Of a stretch of DNA of 63,562 bases, positions 40,681-54,351 are shown piece by piece. Each line of letters opens with the position of its first letter. Position 1 is the first letter of the stretch. Origin of the DNA: Octopus bimaculoides (lineage: Eukaryota). The notes beneath the pieces were generated by a model. It did not search any database and was not told the DNA's origin. It saw nothing but the letters and a program-made list of their open reading frames with translations. The translations under genes were made by a program, and so were the position numbers. The DNA lies in the NCBI RefSeq assembly GCF_001194135.2, contig NC_068995.1, positions 33,068,014 through 33,131,575 on the forward strand, written 5' to 3'.

Positions 40681-43600
40681 GGGAACAAAAATAGATGATG
40701 TAAATGAGCATTTAGCACAGTTCCAGAAATATAAGAAATCAAAAATAAAGAATTATTAATTTGGAGTCAATCGTATACATATACACACTTTTAAATACAA
40801 ATTAAAATACAAAATGTAAAAGTAAAACATTTGGCACCACTTGAGAAAAAAAAATTTAATTTAAACATATAGAGCCTCTGTCTCTTACAATTGTTTCTAG
40901 AATAGCCAAGCATGTGGATTATAATATTAAATAAGGATTCTATAAGCTGAAGGTAGAAGTCTTTAGATATAATGTTGGTGACATCTATATATGCACTCTA
41001 AACTGAATACATTCCTTCCCCATCAGTAACAAATCAATGGATGCCCCACATCTATTGCAGCTTCAAAGAGTCGAAGGGTGAGTTTTATCCTCAGTAGTAC
41101 CACATTAAAGAAAACTGATAAAAGCCTTAACAGTTATTTTTAATTTTTATGTATGACAAATTTCAATTATGAATGCAATCAATTAAAACAACTGCTTTGT
41201 TCTATGAAACATTATCATCTCATAAAGTATATAAAAGAAAGTAAGTAAAAGTTTTGATATTAAGATATATAAGAAGTTCTCACTAATTAAAAAGACCCAA
41301 CAAAAATCTCTAAGATGATGAATGGGTTAAAACAAATATGACAGAAATATTAAGGTCTTTCTTCATAATAATAGAAACAAAAAAAATATAGAATAACTTT
41401 TAAAATGTTATGACTATTTTAATACCCCCCCCCCCACAAAGAAACAATGGCCAGTGAAGATTACAAATTTATATCATTCACAGCATAAGTTAAATATTCT
41501 TTTGTTGTATTTATTTTGGCAAAGAATTTCAAGTGTTTTACGATATGCTAACAGAATTGTAGAGTCCTCTTTGATGTGTACAGAAAGTTTGTAATCAAAC
41601 AAAATTGTAACATGCCTAAAATGTTAAATTTCCCTGCTTCTCGCAGCCTTGTTAAAATCATTTTTCATATTCCATACTCACAATCAATCAATCAAGACAG
41701 AAAACACAAAATTTTAAAAGGTTTTCTCAGTAAATATAAATTGCAAAGAGTAATAAATAGTTTTGCACTGACAATCCAAGACAATCAGACAACCTAAAAT
41801 TTACCTAACACAATATCACTTACATTAGTTACTTTGATACTTTATTGTTATGCTACTATTATATACACTAACAGAAACCATTCATCATTCTAAATCTTCT
41901 TTAGTTCAATTAGTTCATACTAACTACAACCAGAGAGAAATAGTTAAGATGCTAACAGAAAGAAAAAATACTAGTAATATACAACAGCATTTGGGGGAAA
42001 TTAAGTGCTTTTCATTCAATTTGAAAACAGATAAAAAGGTAATGGAATAAATCCCAGATGTTAGTTGATGTAAGAGAATGTTTGAAGATAAGACTTCCTA
42101 AAGGGAAGCTTTTGTAAATGTCTTTATTTTTCTTTTAAAGAAAACCATATTCTTTCTGCAAAGTGATAAAATTGTTGCCATTTTAACATTTTAATTTCTG
42201 GTAAACAAATTCCATTTAAGCTGAATTTTTTTTTTTTTTTTTGTAACAAAAATAAGAAAGGCAGTGAATGAGAATTGGTATATATGAAGATTATACTTCA
42301 TTTCGTATCAAAATATGACTTGAAATGATATGAAGTTCAATAAAAAAAAATCAACTTAGATAGAAGATCACATTGATAATAAGATCCTGAATAAAATGAA
42401 AACACAGTAAGGGAGCTTTCAGCTTGGATGATACCTGATGCAGCAAGTAATACACTAGATTTATATTCTATCCACAAGGAGAGGTGTCTCACATATGTTT
42501 AATGCCATAGAAACAAAGACAGTCTGCATCTAATGCTATATGCCAAGCTAACTTAGAAAATATAATAATAAAGATGAAACAACTAAAAAAGAATATACAA
42601 TGAGAGAGGTCAAGATAATCTTTCTCAATAGACAAATAAAAAGAATATTAAATAGTATAGAAAATGCTATTCAATATATAAGTAACCAAGTGTATAGATT
42701 ATACATTAAATGATAACTATTGAAGAAAGCAAACATGATAGGGACTGGAATGGGAGACCAAATATATGAAGGAAATATAAAATATATCTAAGATACATGG
42801 CAAAGAATATAAAATATATGTAAAATATATATGACATTTATAAAATATATCAAAGAATATATAACTGACTGTAGAGAATCTTTGTCAAAGGTAGAGTTCT
42901 GCATGAGTGAGCAAGCCTACTTTGATAGGTAGGTGAAATGATATAACAGAAATGCATTTTAATTGCAGAGGAGAATGTATAATTAGTTCAGTTGAAGAAT
43001 TAAAAACAATAAATGAACAAACTGTCGATATAGGAGATGTGTGGGCGATTACCAAAATGTCTAAGTTGAATAGTATGAGCTACTTAATAAATAAGCCAGA
43101 AAGAGATCAGTGGAGCAAAAACTACAAAATCAATTCTTCAAATCCTTTACAACTTCTGTTAGAAGAACAATTTTTTTTTTTTTTAAATTACTAAAAAAGC
43201 TATGAACATTAAAATGGCACTTTATATTATACAAACACTGAGCACTTAAAGCACACATTAAAGGCAGTTAGTTAGGACCTGTCATCATAAATGCTGGGAA
43301 GAAGAAATAATTCTCTCATAGATTAAAGTTAAAAGGGAAATTTAATGGCTAAAATGCTGAAATTTAAATCAATATCTTTAATAAGCAATAATCAATTTGC
43401 TATCCTATACAATCTAGTATTTACATAGCAAGAAATTTATAAACTGAAAAAGATAGCAGAGAAATATTTTATTTTTCCATAAATTATCAAACTAGAATAG
43501 AAGAAATTGTTTCACAATTTGAAAGGGGTAGAGAGAGGACAATTGGTTGCAAAGTCACTGGGATTCAAGTTTATGTAAAAGAGTGGTTTTTAAAGATTTT

Positions 43601-43687
43601 GTTTGTGAGTGTTTCACATAAATAAAAGAATAACATAAGACCTATAATTATTTAGCAATACAATCAATAGAATAATCAATGTTGTTA

Positions 43688-43792
43688 TTGGTTTTGTGCT
43701 GGCTATTGCACTTGGCAATACTGATAACTCTTCTGACATGGTGTCTGAAGAGTCAGCAATAATGCCAAGTGCAATAGTCAGTGTGAAACCAA
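43688..43792. other. 105-nt imperfect palindrome / long RNA hairpin
   Basis: 43688-43717 pairs with 43763-43792 over 30 contiguous pairs (5 G.U on the + strand). The stem continues another 21 positions with 5 mismatches to a 3-nt loop at 43739-43741. Confidence 0.85.
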
Positions 43793-43845
43793 CAGTATCG
43801 TTGTAATCAGTTATACAACACAACCAGTAATATACTGCTTGATAA

Positions 43846-43870
43846 TCTATATATATAAAAATGAGAATGT

Positions 43871-43926
<56 letters not shown>

Positions 43927-45314
43927 CCCTAAAACTCGAGAACTACGCAACCAATTTCATTCAAATTTTACAGATGCCTTACTTAAGGTTCCAGTTGTGT
44001 TTTAGTCAAAAAGAATTTTTAACTTCTTGCAGAGTTCGAGCCCACGGCAACATAATATCTCCTCCACTATTTAAGTATTAAGTGTCAAAAGTGAAACAAA
44101 AACACTCATGTCAAATACTTTCACTTTAAAAATGAAACTATTCCACTAACTGAAACAATCANNNNNNNNNNNNNNNNNNNNNNNNNNNNNNNNNNNNNNN
44201 NNNNNNNNNNNNNNNNNNNNNNNNNNNNNNNNNNNNNNNNNNNNNNNNNNNNNNNNNNNNNNNNNNNNNNNNNNNNNNNNNNNNNNNNNNNNNNNNNNNN
44301 NNNNNNNNNNNNNNNNNNNNNNNNNNNNNNNNNNNNNNNNNNNNNNNNNNNNNNNNNNNNNNNNNNNNNNNNNNNNNNNNNNNNNNNNNNNNNNNNNNNN
44401 NNNNNNNNNNNNNNNNNNNNNNNNNNNNNNNNNNNNNNNNNNNNNNNNNNNNNNNNNNNNNNNNNNNNNNNNNNNNNNNNNNNNNNNNNNNNNNNNNNNN
44501 NNNNNNNNNNNNNNNNNNNNNNNNNNNNNNNNNNNNNNNNNNNNNNNNNNNNNNNNNNNNNNNNNNNNNNNNNNNNNNNNNNNNNNNNNNNNNNNNNNNN
44601 NNNNNNNNNNNNNNNNNNNNNNNNNNNNNNNNNNNNNNNNNNNNNNNNNNNNNNNNNNNNNNNNNNNNNNNNNNNNNNNNNNNNNNNNNNNNNNNNNNNN
44701 NNNNNNNNNNNNNNNNNNNNNNNNNNNNNNNNNNNNNNNNNNNNNNNNNNNNNNNNNNNNNNNNNNNNNNNNNNNNNNNNNNNNNNNNNNNNNNNNNNNN
44801 NNNNNNNNNNNNNNNNNNNNNNNNNNNNNNNNNNNNNNNNNNNNNNNNNNNNNNNNNNNNNNNNNNNNNNNNNNNNNNNNNNNNNNNNNNNNNNNNNNNN
44901 NNNNNNNNNNNNNNNNNNNNNNNNNNNNNNNNNNNNNNNNNNNNNNNNNNNNNNNNNNNNNNNNNNNNNNAATGTGGTGCATAAATTGTCAAGTAAATGA
45001 GATGCATCTTTGCCTCCACTGATTCACTTGCAAAGTGTTGAGTAAAATTATTTCGTTGCAGACCTCCTTTGAGTCTTTTTATTATCACTGCGACACACAT
45101 AGTCCCCAGTTGGTAACATTGATTTCAAGGCCTTCCCAGATGAGAGACTGGCATTCCACTTAATGTCTATGTTCCATGCTGGCATGGATTGGAGAGTTAT
45201 TAATGTAGAAATATGGTATTGTAGCTACTAACAGTTCAGGGTTGCATAGTCTAGACGGCGTTTTTAGATTTCATTATTCTCTTTAACCCGGGCAAAGCCG
45301 GGTATTTCTGCTAG
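43846..45314 (+). mobile_element. Non-autonomous Helitron (contains an N gap at 44162-44970)
   Basis: 5' end A|TCTATATATATAAAA followed by (GT)n. The 3' hairpin acccgg-gcaaag-ccgggt (45286-45303) lies 7 nt before CTAG|T, in an A-T target. Continuity across the gap is assumed. Confidence 0.65.
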
Positions 45315-46142
45315 TATATATATATGTGAGGGCCCATGGCCTAGTAATAATGGTGTTGCACTCACAATCACTAGATCGCGAGTTCAATTCCTAAATCAGA
45401 TGGTGCATTGTATTCTTGAGTAAAACACTTCATCTTGCATTGTTCTGCAATCACTTTGACACCTGACACATGATACACAGTGCAGCACAAACATTTGATC
45501 ACTATAAACAAGTTTGTGCAGGTTGTTTGGTAAAAGTTGAACGCTCATACATTGTCCTCGATGGGAGAGTCCATCACACACATATATATTGAAAAATTGC
45601 TATACCAAATGAGATAGCATAACAAACAGTTAACCTTTGTTTAGAACTCCATGTATCTTCAACTTTCAACCTGGTATTGAACATATGAGAATTATGAAAA
45701 CATTTTAGTAACAGTTACTGCATTGCATACTAGTATATACTAATGAAACTGAATTTACAGTTTTATTCTGGTCTGTCTGTTTGTATGTATGTACATATGC
45801 ATGATTGCATGCATGCATGTATGCATGCATGCATGTATGCATGCATACATGTATAAAATTTTAACAATATATCACAAATGCTATGTTTTTTAGGATATAT
45901 CACAAAAGTGGATTTCTTTCTGATACAGCTTAAGTATTGCTGATATGATTTAAAAAATGCACACACACATAGAGAGAGAGAGAGAGAGATAGAGAAATTA
46001 GAACACTCCTTGTGCTTTAAGTTAAACTACTTAAGGGTTTTCATAGGGACTGGGGAACACAAGTACACTCTAGATTTAGCAATTTTTCTGACATTCACAT
46101 GCAAGTTGTTCACCAAAACATCTCTGATGCACTGAACTAAGA

Positions 46143-46371
46143 TTAACACTTTCGTTACAAACTTGGCTGAAACCAGCTCTGGCTCTTTAGTAGAAATATC
46201 TTGTTTTCATAAGTTTTGAATTAAAATCTTCCACCAAACCTTAGTCACAATTAATGTTCCTAACACTAGCTTAATGATAACTAAGTTATTTTACTAAATT
46301 CTTTGTTATATCTAAAACAATTGAGAGAAACACAGAGCATCTCAAAATAAATACAGTAACAAAAAGGTTAA
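46143..46371. mobile_element. piggyBac-type MITE family 2
   Basis: ttaacactttcgttac...gtaacaaaaaggttaa imperfect TIRs with TTAA. The interior is unrelated to family 1. Confidence 0.6.
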
Positions 46372-46659
46372 AGGCATTCAAGCCATGACCCCACTTTTTT
46401 CTATATCCAGAACCAGATTATCCAGCATGTCTTTTCTTATTTTTGAAGATGGTAGGGTAAATAAGGGACATTTAACAACTATTTCTAGCAGGTAAACAAC
46501 CACAGAGGTGTTCACTGATTCTCACATAAATTGCAAGACCAAGTACTTTTTAGATTTGGGTGTATTTCTCAATACTAATTATTCAATGATAATCTGTTTA
46601 CTTTCCAGTTGAGCCAGGCAAAGGTAAGATGTGTACTGCAACACTTCAAAATATCCCTA

Positions 46660-46883
46660 TTATTTTTTACTTGTTTTCAGTCATTAGACTGTGGCCATGC
46701 TGGGCACTACCTAAAAATTTTAGTCAAATGAATCAGCCGCAGGACTTATATTTTAAATCTGGTACTTACTCTACCAGTCTATTTAGCCAAACCACTAAGT
46801 TATGGGGGGAGGGGAAACACACCAACACAGGTTACCAAACAGTGGGTGGGGTGGGATAAACACAGACACAAAGACACACACAC

Positions 46884-46929
<46 letters not shown>

Positions 46930-47110
46930 CACGCACACACACACATATATATACAACGGCTTCTTTCAGTTTCCGAATACCAAATTCATTCACAAGGCTT
47001 TGGTCAGCCCAACGCTAAAGTAGAAGACATTTGCCCAAGGTGCCACACAGTGGGACTGAACCTGAAACCATGTGGCTGGGAGGCAAGCTTCTTACCGAAT
47101 AGCCATACCT
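46660..47110 (-). mobile_element. SINE family A copy with internal (TA)/(CA) expansion
   Basis: Similar to 8620-9020. Confidence 0.75.
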
Positions 47111-48694
47111 GGTGGCTTTGCTAAAATAAATAAATATAAAAAAGTATAGTAAGATAACAGGGTGTTAATAGGAGAGGTTAGAAAGGTAAAGGAGGAGGAT
47201 GAAAAAATGTAAGTAAATAAGTTGAGAGAAGTTAAAAGCAATTAATAACAAGAGAAGAAAATATAATAAAATAAAGAAACCACAGAAATATTCCTTTAAT
47301 CTTTTTTCCGAAAAAAAGAACCTTTAGATATTTAAATAGTCATGGCTACTTAAGAAGAGAAGTGTATGCATTATAGAAATACGAATAAATATAGTGATCA
47401 ATAATCTACATTTTGGAAAAGATGTTTTGCATCATAAATCATTTCATCATCTCTTTTCCATGGTAGGTCAACTTGTCAAGAATTTTATTTCATAATTTAC
47501 TATGATCTCATGATTGTACTCAAAATTCTCCTTTTCTCTCTTTCTGCTTTGGCTACCCTATTCTTGCTATCTCACAACATTTTTAATCGACATTTTTTAA
47601 CCATTTTCATCAAATATCCATATCATTGCAGTCACAAACAACTAAAATGGACTCTTATTTACAAAGAAGTGCAAATGTGTATAAACTGTTTGAACAAAAT
47701 CGGAGTATTCATTCATTGAAATCAATATTTTCGAAACGAATTATTTCTATAGACAAGGGAAAAAAAAAAAAAAAAAGAAAGAAAAAAGTAAAAGCAAAGT
47801 CAATAAAGGGTTTTAAGATACAATACAAAAATGCAAGAATAGAAATCGGTCAACCATTTAGAATTGTACATGTTATGTTTTTAGAAAAAAAAATCAAGGA
47901 ATCCAAGATAATTGAGAACTCCCTTTTTTCTCTCTTTTTTTTATTGAAGATTTGGTAAAGTATATTAAATAAGACAGATTAATTAAAGGATAATTAAAAC
48001 AGTATAAGCTATAAAACAAAAGCTTTTACATTAGCAACTATACAAAATGCTTTAAATGTCCACTGGACTTTCCACATTTATCAGTTTCTGTCTCCTACAC
48101 AGCAACTAATTGTTTGTGATACAAAATGTCAGCAACAAACATAATAGCTATTTAACTTGGGGAAAAAATTAAGAAACATCTTGGAATAGAAGCATAGCAA
48201 CCATACTTTTAGTCCTAAGAATTTAGCTGTTGATATTAACTGGATAGTTTAATGGAGTGTCGAAAACAAAACAATTGTTTATATCGTAACTATTTACATT
48301 AACATCTCTTAATATACCAGGATAAAACAATAAACTATCAAGATTTCTATATATAGTTTCATGAATAAGTGTTCAAAATTTCAATTAAAGTATAGTTTAA
48401 TTAAATGAATTTTCATTTATAAGTTATAGACTTGTGTTTAAGCACAAACCATTCTATATAGATCTTTCACAAAATCAGACTCCAACAAAATTCTATGCAA
48501 ATAATATAACTTGATTACAAATTTTCCCTAATTTTGCAGATGAAGTTGAGTGTGCAGAGTAACAGTTGAACTTTTATGAAGTGAAACCTAACACCAATCT
48601 ATATACTGATCTCATACATTTTTGACAATACTCCTGTTAAAAGATTTTTATTAACATTCTCTTTTGAGAAAAGTTTACAAAGAAAATATATATT

Positions 48695-48908
48695 TTAACC
48701 CTTTAGGATTCGGATTATTCTGTCAAATGTAATGCTTATTTCTCCACGTTGTTGAATTAATCCTGCATTATTATAGCTTCAAGATTTTGATGTGATTGTT
48801 TATTTTTATAATGACATTGTAGGGTAGATGTGAGTGGCTAGATCTGGCCAGTTTGAACAGGTAGAATATTTTAGGTGGATATGGCCACATTAAATGCTAA
48901 AGGGCTAA
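48695..48908. mobile_element. piggyBac-type MITE family 1, copy 8
   Basis: ttaaccctttaggattcggattattc...aatgctaaagggctaa. Confidence 0.75.
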
Positions 48909-50679
48909 ACACATTATTATGTGGAAAATATCTCCTTATCAACATTATCATTATAATTGCTTTTAACAAATGAAATAATGATCAATGGTTAAGCTACAAA
49001 TCAGAGAACAGAAACTTAAACATGTGGTATGCATACTTTCTTAGTCTTCAGTTTCTATCAGCTTTCCAACAAATTATGAAACTCAAATTTCTATTAAAAA
49101 AATTTTAACTGAAATAAGTTGGCTAGAGTTAATGATTTTCTAAATTATGAATTTTCCTACATGACAGACTATAATTATCAATTATTTACTTTTAGCATTT
49201 CCTGAACAAAATTATTTACTGAAGAAAAGAGTAAGTCAAAAACTACAAAAATTTTAGAAATGCTATCATGATAGTTCTGTGCCAGTTTAAATTAAAGCAA
49301 TAAAAAAACAGAACTTATCTAATTACAGCATACAAAAACTATTTGCAGCTGTCACTGGAGCACAAAAACATGACCTAAACTTAAATAAAATAAGTTTTAT
49401 GGAATAGAGAAAGGTAAAGTAACAAAACTATTTATGGATTGTACTTCTTTGGAAAGAAAATCCTGTCAATAATTAACAAAACTCGAAATGTAAAATTACT
49501 TATCATACATTTATTGGAGGTCAACAGCTGTAATGCAACATTAGAATAAATGTACGAATATAGATGTGTAAATGAGAATTTGGGTTCAGAAATATACGGA
49601 AAGTGTCTTCTACAATGGTTATATATATCACCATCATATCATTTAACATCTATTTTAAAAGCTGGCATGGAGTGGACAATTTGACAGGATCCAATGAGCA
49701 GGACTGCATTGAGTTCCAATGTCTGTCTTGGCATGGCTTCTACAACTGGATGCCATTCCCAATGCCAACCGCTTTACAGTATATCAGGGGCTTTTTCAAG
49801 CCATTGGTACTTGTGAGGTTGCCAAGTAATTTTCAAAACAAAGAAAAGACCCTCATATGAATGGGGTTGTAGAAGAAAGGAAGATGGCTTTATGCCAGGT
49901 GTTGAGAAGTTAAAATATGATAGAGAAACAGGCATAGGTGTCTTGCTAGAGAGGAAGGGAATTGCTACTATGTTATATAAGAATGGGTGGAAAAGAAGAC
50001 AGAGTGGTGAGAAGGTATCAAAGTATCCTGCCAAGATATAAGAAGGTGAATGTGAGAGAAAATATAAAGAATTAGGAAGGGGTGGGTGCACAAATTAATC
50101 ACAATGTGAGAGTGACAGAGGTTAGTGATGCGTGAAGAAGTGAATGTAGTGAATAGTATAAGGATGGTGTGTGATCAGTGGTAAATATCAGTATGGCATA
50201 CATGGATGGTTCAGGGTGGTGAAAGAATAATAGTGGATCAGGATGAAGGAGGTGATGAGTGGCAGTGCAAAAAGGAGAGCAGCAGTATAATAAACTTGCA
50301 GGTAGATCTGAAAATTTGTAGATGTGCAATTGGGAGGGGGGGGGGCAGTAACAAAGATGGGTGTTATAGGTATGTAGAAATTATTATAGTGAGGTGGGGG
50401 GGACAAAGTTTGGGAGATGGTCACTGACGGCAGATATGCCAAAGTGATGAGAATAAAAGAAAAGGGTGATCAAGGGAAAATAAAACAGGAAATGATGAAT
50501 TTCAAAATTGGTTCCCAGGAAAGGGGGGGGGGGGGAAATATGTGCATGTCCTGCTCTAATACTTATAGCAGCTGAATAGTGCCAAAGTTAGAATGGTGGA
50601 TGTTAGGAAGATGAGCGGTGGGAAAGGTTTGATGGGGACAGTGGTGCAGGGGCAGTGAGATAAATATAATGCTTTCAGG

Positions 50680-51660
50680 ACCTTGTTTTCATCTATCTTG
50701 TGTCATCTCTGACACTCAGCATCTTGATATAAGTCTTCACCAGATTATCCTGCTTCCTTGGGTCTTCCTCTTCTACAAGTTCCATCCACACTTAGCAAAC
50801 AATACTTGAATATGGATGAGGACAGCAGCTGTCCTCATCCATATGCATCGTGACAGAAGTATTGCAGTCTTCTCTCTAGTACACTACATCCGATTCCTCT
50901 TATGCCCAATATTTTTCTCAACATATTTGTATTTGTTGTACATGCACACTGATGTCGCAGATTCAACAGAACATACCAGCTTCATTTGCATTTGAGGCCC
51001 ATGTCTCACCACCATGTAGCATTGCTGTTCATACACAAGCATCATACACTCTTCCTTTCACTCAGAGGGAGAGAGACTGTTTATTGCTAACAGAGGTAAT
51101 AGCTCTTGAACTTTCTCCATCCTATTCTTATTTTAGCAATGATACTTTCAGAACATTCTCCTCCACTGCTACTTAGGTCACCTCAATAACAGAAGCTATC
51201 TACTACATCTAGGGGACCTCCTGAGCATTTAAGTAAATCTATTTCCTGTGTATTCTTAGTGTTTATTGCTCTTGCACATCTATCACAAAGAAATTTTATT
51301 TTCTCAGTTAACCTTTCTATGATTCCACTACACCTTTTATATGGCCATAGTTTGCATTGAGTACACCATGTGGAATTTCTACCTACATTATTACTACATT
51401 TCAAATAGGGCTATTTTGTTGATGGAAGTAGAGTTTTGTCAGTTTGCTTGATTACTAGAACTTGAGTTTTTGCTAAGTTTACTTTAAATCCCTTTCCTTC
51501 CAGGTTTTGCTTCCACACCTGGAAATTCTTTTCTAATTCTACTAGAGACTCTGCACTAAGAACAAGGCCATCAGCATATAGTAGTTCTCAAAGGCAACCA
51601 GTTTTGAATTCCTCTGATATGGTCTGGAGAACTAAGATAAATAGGGGACTGAGAACTGAA
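50680..51660 (-). mobile_element. Decayed RTE LINE fragment (RT C-terminal half)
   Basis: Minus strand gives ISEEFKTGCL*ELLYADGLVLSAES, GRNSTWCTQCKLWPYKRCSGI and GPLDVVDSFCY. It is paralogous to 53300-54351 and more decayed. Confidence 0.8.
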
Positions 51661-52016
51661 CACTGGTGAACACTTATTTGTACACTAGATTCTTATCAAC
51701 AGCACCCCTGTACATGGCTTCTATGGCTATCACAAGCTATTCATCTACCCTTAACTTTCTCAGGGATTACCAGGTCAGAGTGAAAGCTTTCTCCAGATCA
51801 ACAAATGCCAAGTTCAATGGTTCATTTTTAGCAGTTGACTTACAAGAGGGCACCAGTAACAATTTGATATCTCATATTACTTTTATTATACAGATGAACA
51901 TAGAGATAGTCTGATATGTATATGTGTGTATGTGCATATATGTAGTGATGTATGCACATGTAATATTGTGTATGTGCATATATATAGAGATGCACTCACA
52001 GGTATTGTTGTGTATA

Positions 52017-52052
<36 letters not shown>

Positions 52053-52882
52053 GATGTACTCATGTATTATTGTGTGTGTATGTGCATATATGTATATGTC
52101 TAAGCCCATTGATAGTAATGAACATAAGTACACGATACAGACATAGACAGCAGAAGTTTATTAGGTCGATCTAGTGGTCTGTTACACTGAGTAACTACTG
52201 CTCTCTCTGTCTGAGTTCTTCTGCATTGTAGGTGGTCACTCAGATAAAATAACAATGAACAACGGATTTTGACACCATCGTCCTCATGATGATGGGGAAA
52301 GAGGAGGAACAGGATGTACATACACCATCAGCTTAAATTATAATCTGGCTTTGATCAAGGCCAGCATAAGAGAGGAGAATGGCTATTAAGAGTGCTCAAG
52401 CACACATATGAGCACACTTGACAGTCGTTAAGTTCTTGTATATGAAGTCAATGATGTATATTCAATCAATTATGTCTCCCACCCACCTTGTCAAAATGGG
52501 GTACTGAAATGGAACTAACTACATCATTGCTCTGGAGTATCAGTAGCATCTTTTTAATGTCTACTTTTCCTTGCTTGCATGGGTCACACAAGAGTATGCT
52601 GGGGAAGAGCTTTTAACATCTGGTTGCCCTTCCTGATGCCAATTGAGGTAATAACCTCACAGTTTATTAAACAACAAACAGCCCAGATATATTTATGTGG
52701 AGAACAGGAAACAAATGACATTGAAATAAGCGTTTTGCTTACAAAGTTTGTACATCTGTCAAGAAGGCAGGATATACTTTAATAGTGACACTGTTATTAG
52801 AGAAGCCATTCTTCACAAACCAACAAATGAAAGTGTGAACTTGAGAAATACAAACTCAGTCACTCACACACACACACACACA

Positions 52883-54351
52883 CATCATCATCACCATCGC
52901 TTAACATCTGCTTTGGACAGTTTGACTGAGGACTGGTAAGCCAGGAGGCTGCACCAGGCTCCAATCTGATCTGGCAAGGTTTCTACAGCTGGATGCCCTT
53001 CCTAATTCCAACTACTCTGAGAGTGTAGTGGGTGCAGCATGGGAGCTAATCAAATGGCACTGGAATTGGCCACTCGAATGGTGCTTTTTACATGCCACTG
53101 GCACTGGCATCGGCCATACTCGAATGGTGCTTTTTACGTGTCACCAGCACAGGTGCCAGTCAGGTGGCACTGGCATTGGCCATGACTATGATTTCACTTG
53201 ATTCAACAGGTCTTCTCAAGCACAGCATATTGCCCGACAATTGAAGGGTACTTTTAAATGGGCCGGTTATGCGACACTGGCATCGACCACGGCTACAATC
53301 TCACAGTATATCTCCAAAGATCTTGGTCGCTTGTCATTGCCTCTGTGAAGCCCAACGTTCAATGGTCATGCTTCACCACCTCATCCTGTGTCTTCCTGGG
53401 TTTACCTCTTCCACAGGTTCCCTCCACTGTTAGGGTGTGATACTTCTTCACGTGGCTGTCCTCATCAATATGCAACACATGACCATACCAGGGCAGTTGT
53501 CTCTCTTGCACACCGCATTTGATGTATCTTATGTCCAACTTTTCTCTCAGGGTGCTTACACTCTATCGTGTATGCACGCTGACATTACACATCCAGCGGA
53601 GTATACTAGCTTCATTTCTTTCAAACCTACACACGTCCTCAGCAGTCATGGCCCATGTCTCACTGCCATGTAACATAGCTGTTCACACACATGCATCATA
53701 TACAGTCTACCTTTCACTCTGAGCAAGAAGCACTTTGTTACCAGCAGAGGTAGGAGTTCTTTGAACTTTGCCCAGATGATCTCAGAGCATCCACCTCCCC
53801 ACTACTGACTTGGTAACCTGGGTAACAGAAGCTATTAACAACTACTTCTAGTTTTCCCCTTGGCATGTGATGGAATCTGTTTTCTGTACATCTTTGGCAT
53901 TTATTGCCCCTGTGCATCTGCCACATACAAAAACTATCTTCCCAGTTAACCTTCCTTTGATATTGCAGTACCTCTTGTGTGTCCATAGCTTACACCAGGT
54001 ACATCTTACGGAGTTTCTACCTGGACCTTTTCTACAGATCGAGCAGGCCATCTACCTGAAGGGATTTGTGAGTTGTCTGCCTTCCTACTTACTAAGACTT
54101 TGGTTTTTGCTAGATTGACTTTAAAGCCCTTCAATTCTAGACCTTGCTTCCACACCTGAAACTTCTCTAGTTCTGGTAGTGACTCAGCTATGAGACCAAA
54201 GTCATCAGCATAGAGGAGCTCCCAGGGGCATCCTGTCTTGAATTCCTCTGTTATTGCCTGGAGGACTATGATGAAAAAGAGGGGGCTGAGGACTGACCCT
54301 TGATGAACCCCTACTTCTACCCGGAATTCTTCACTATATTCGTTGTCAACC
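52883..54351 (-). mobile_element. 5'-truncated RTE-clade LINE with 3' UTR and (ATG)n tail
   Basis: Minus strand gives VDNEYSEEFRVEVGVHQGSVLSPLFFIIVLQAITEEFKTGCPWELLYADDF (RT motifs), CSICRKGPGRNSVRCTWCKLWTHKRYC, KLEVVNSFCY and GTCGRGKPRKTQDEVVKHD. The 3' UTR then ends in (atg)n at about 52883. Confidence 0.9.

Noticed and set aside
42952-43194. 80-aa non-repetitive + strand ORF
   Set aside because: No recognisable motif or splice support. The purine-rich context suggests a very old element or chance.
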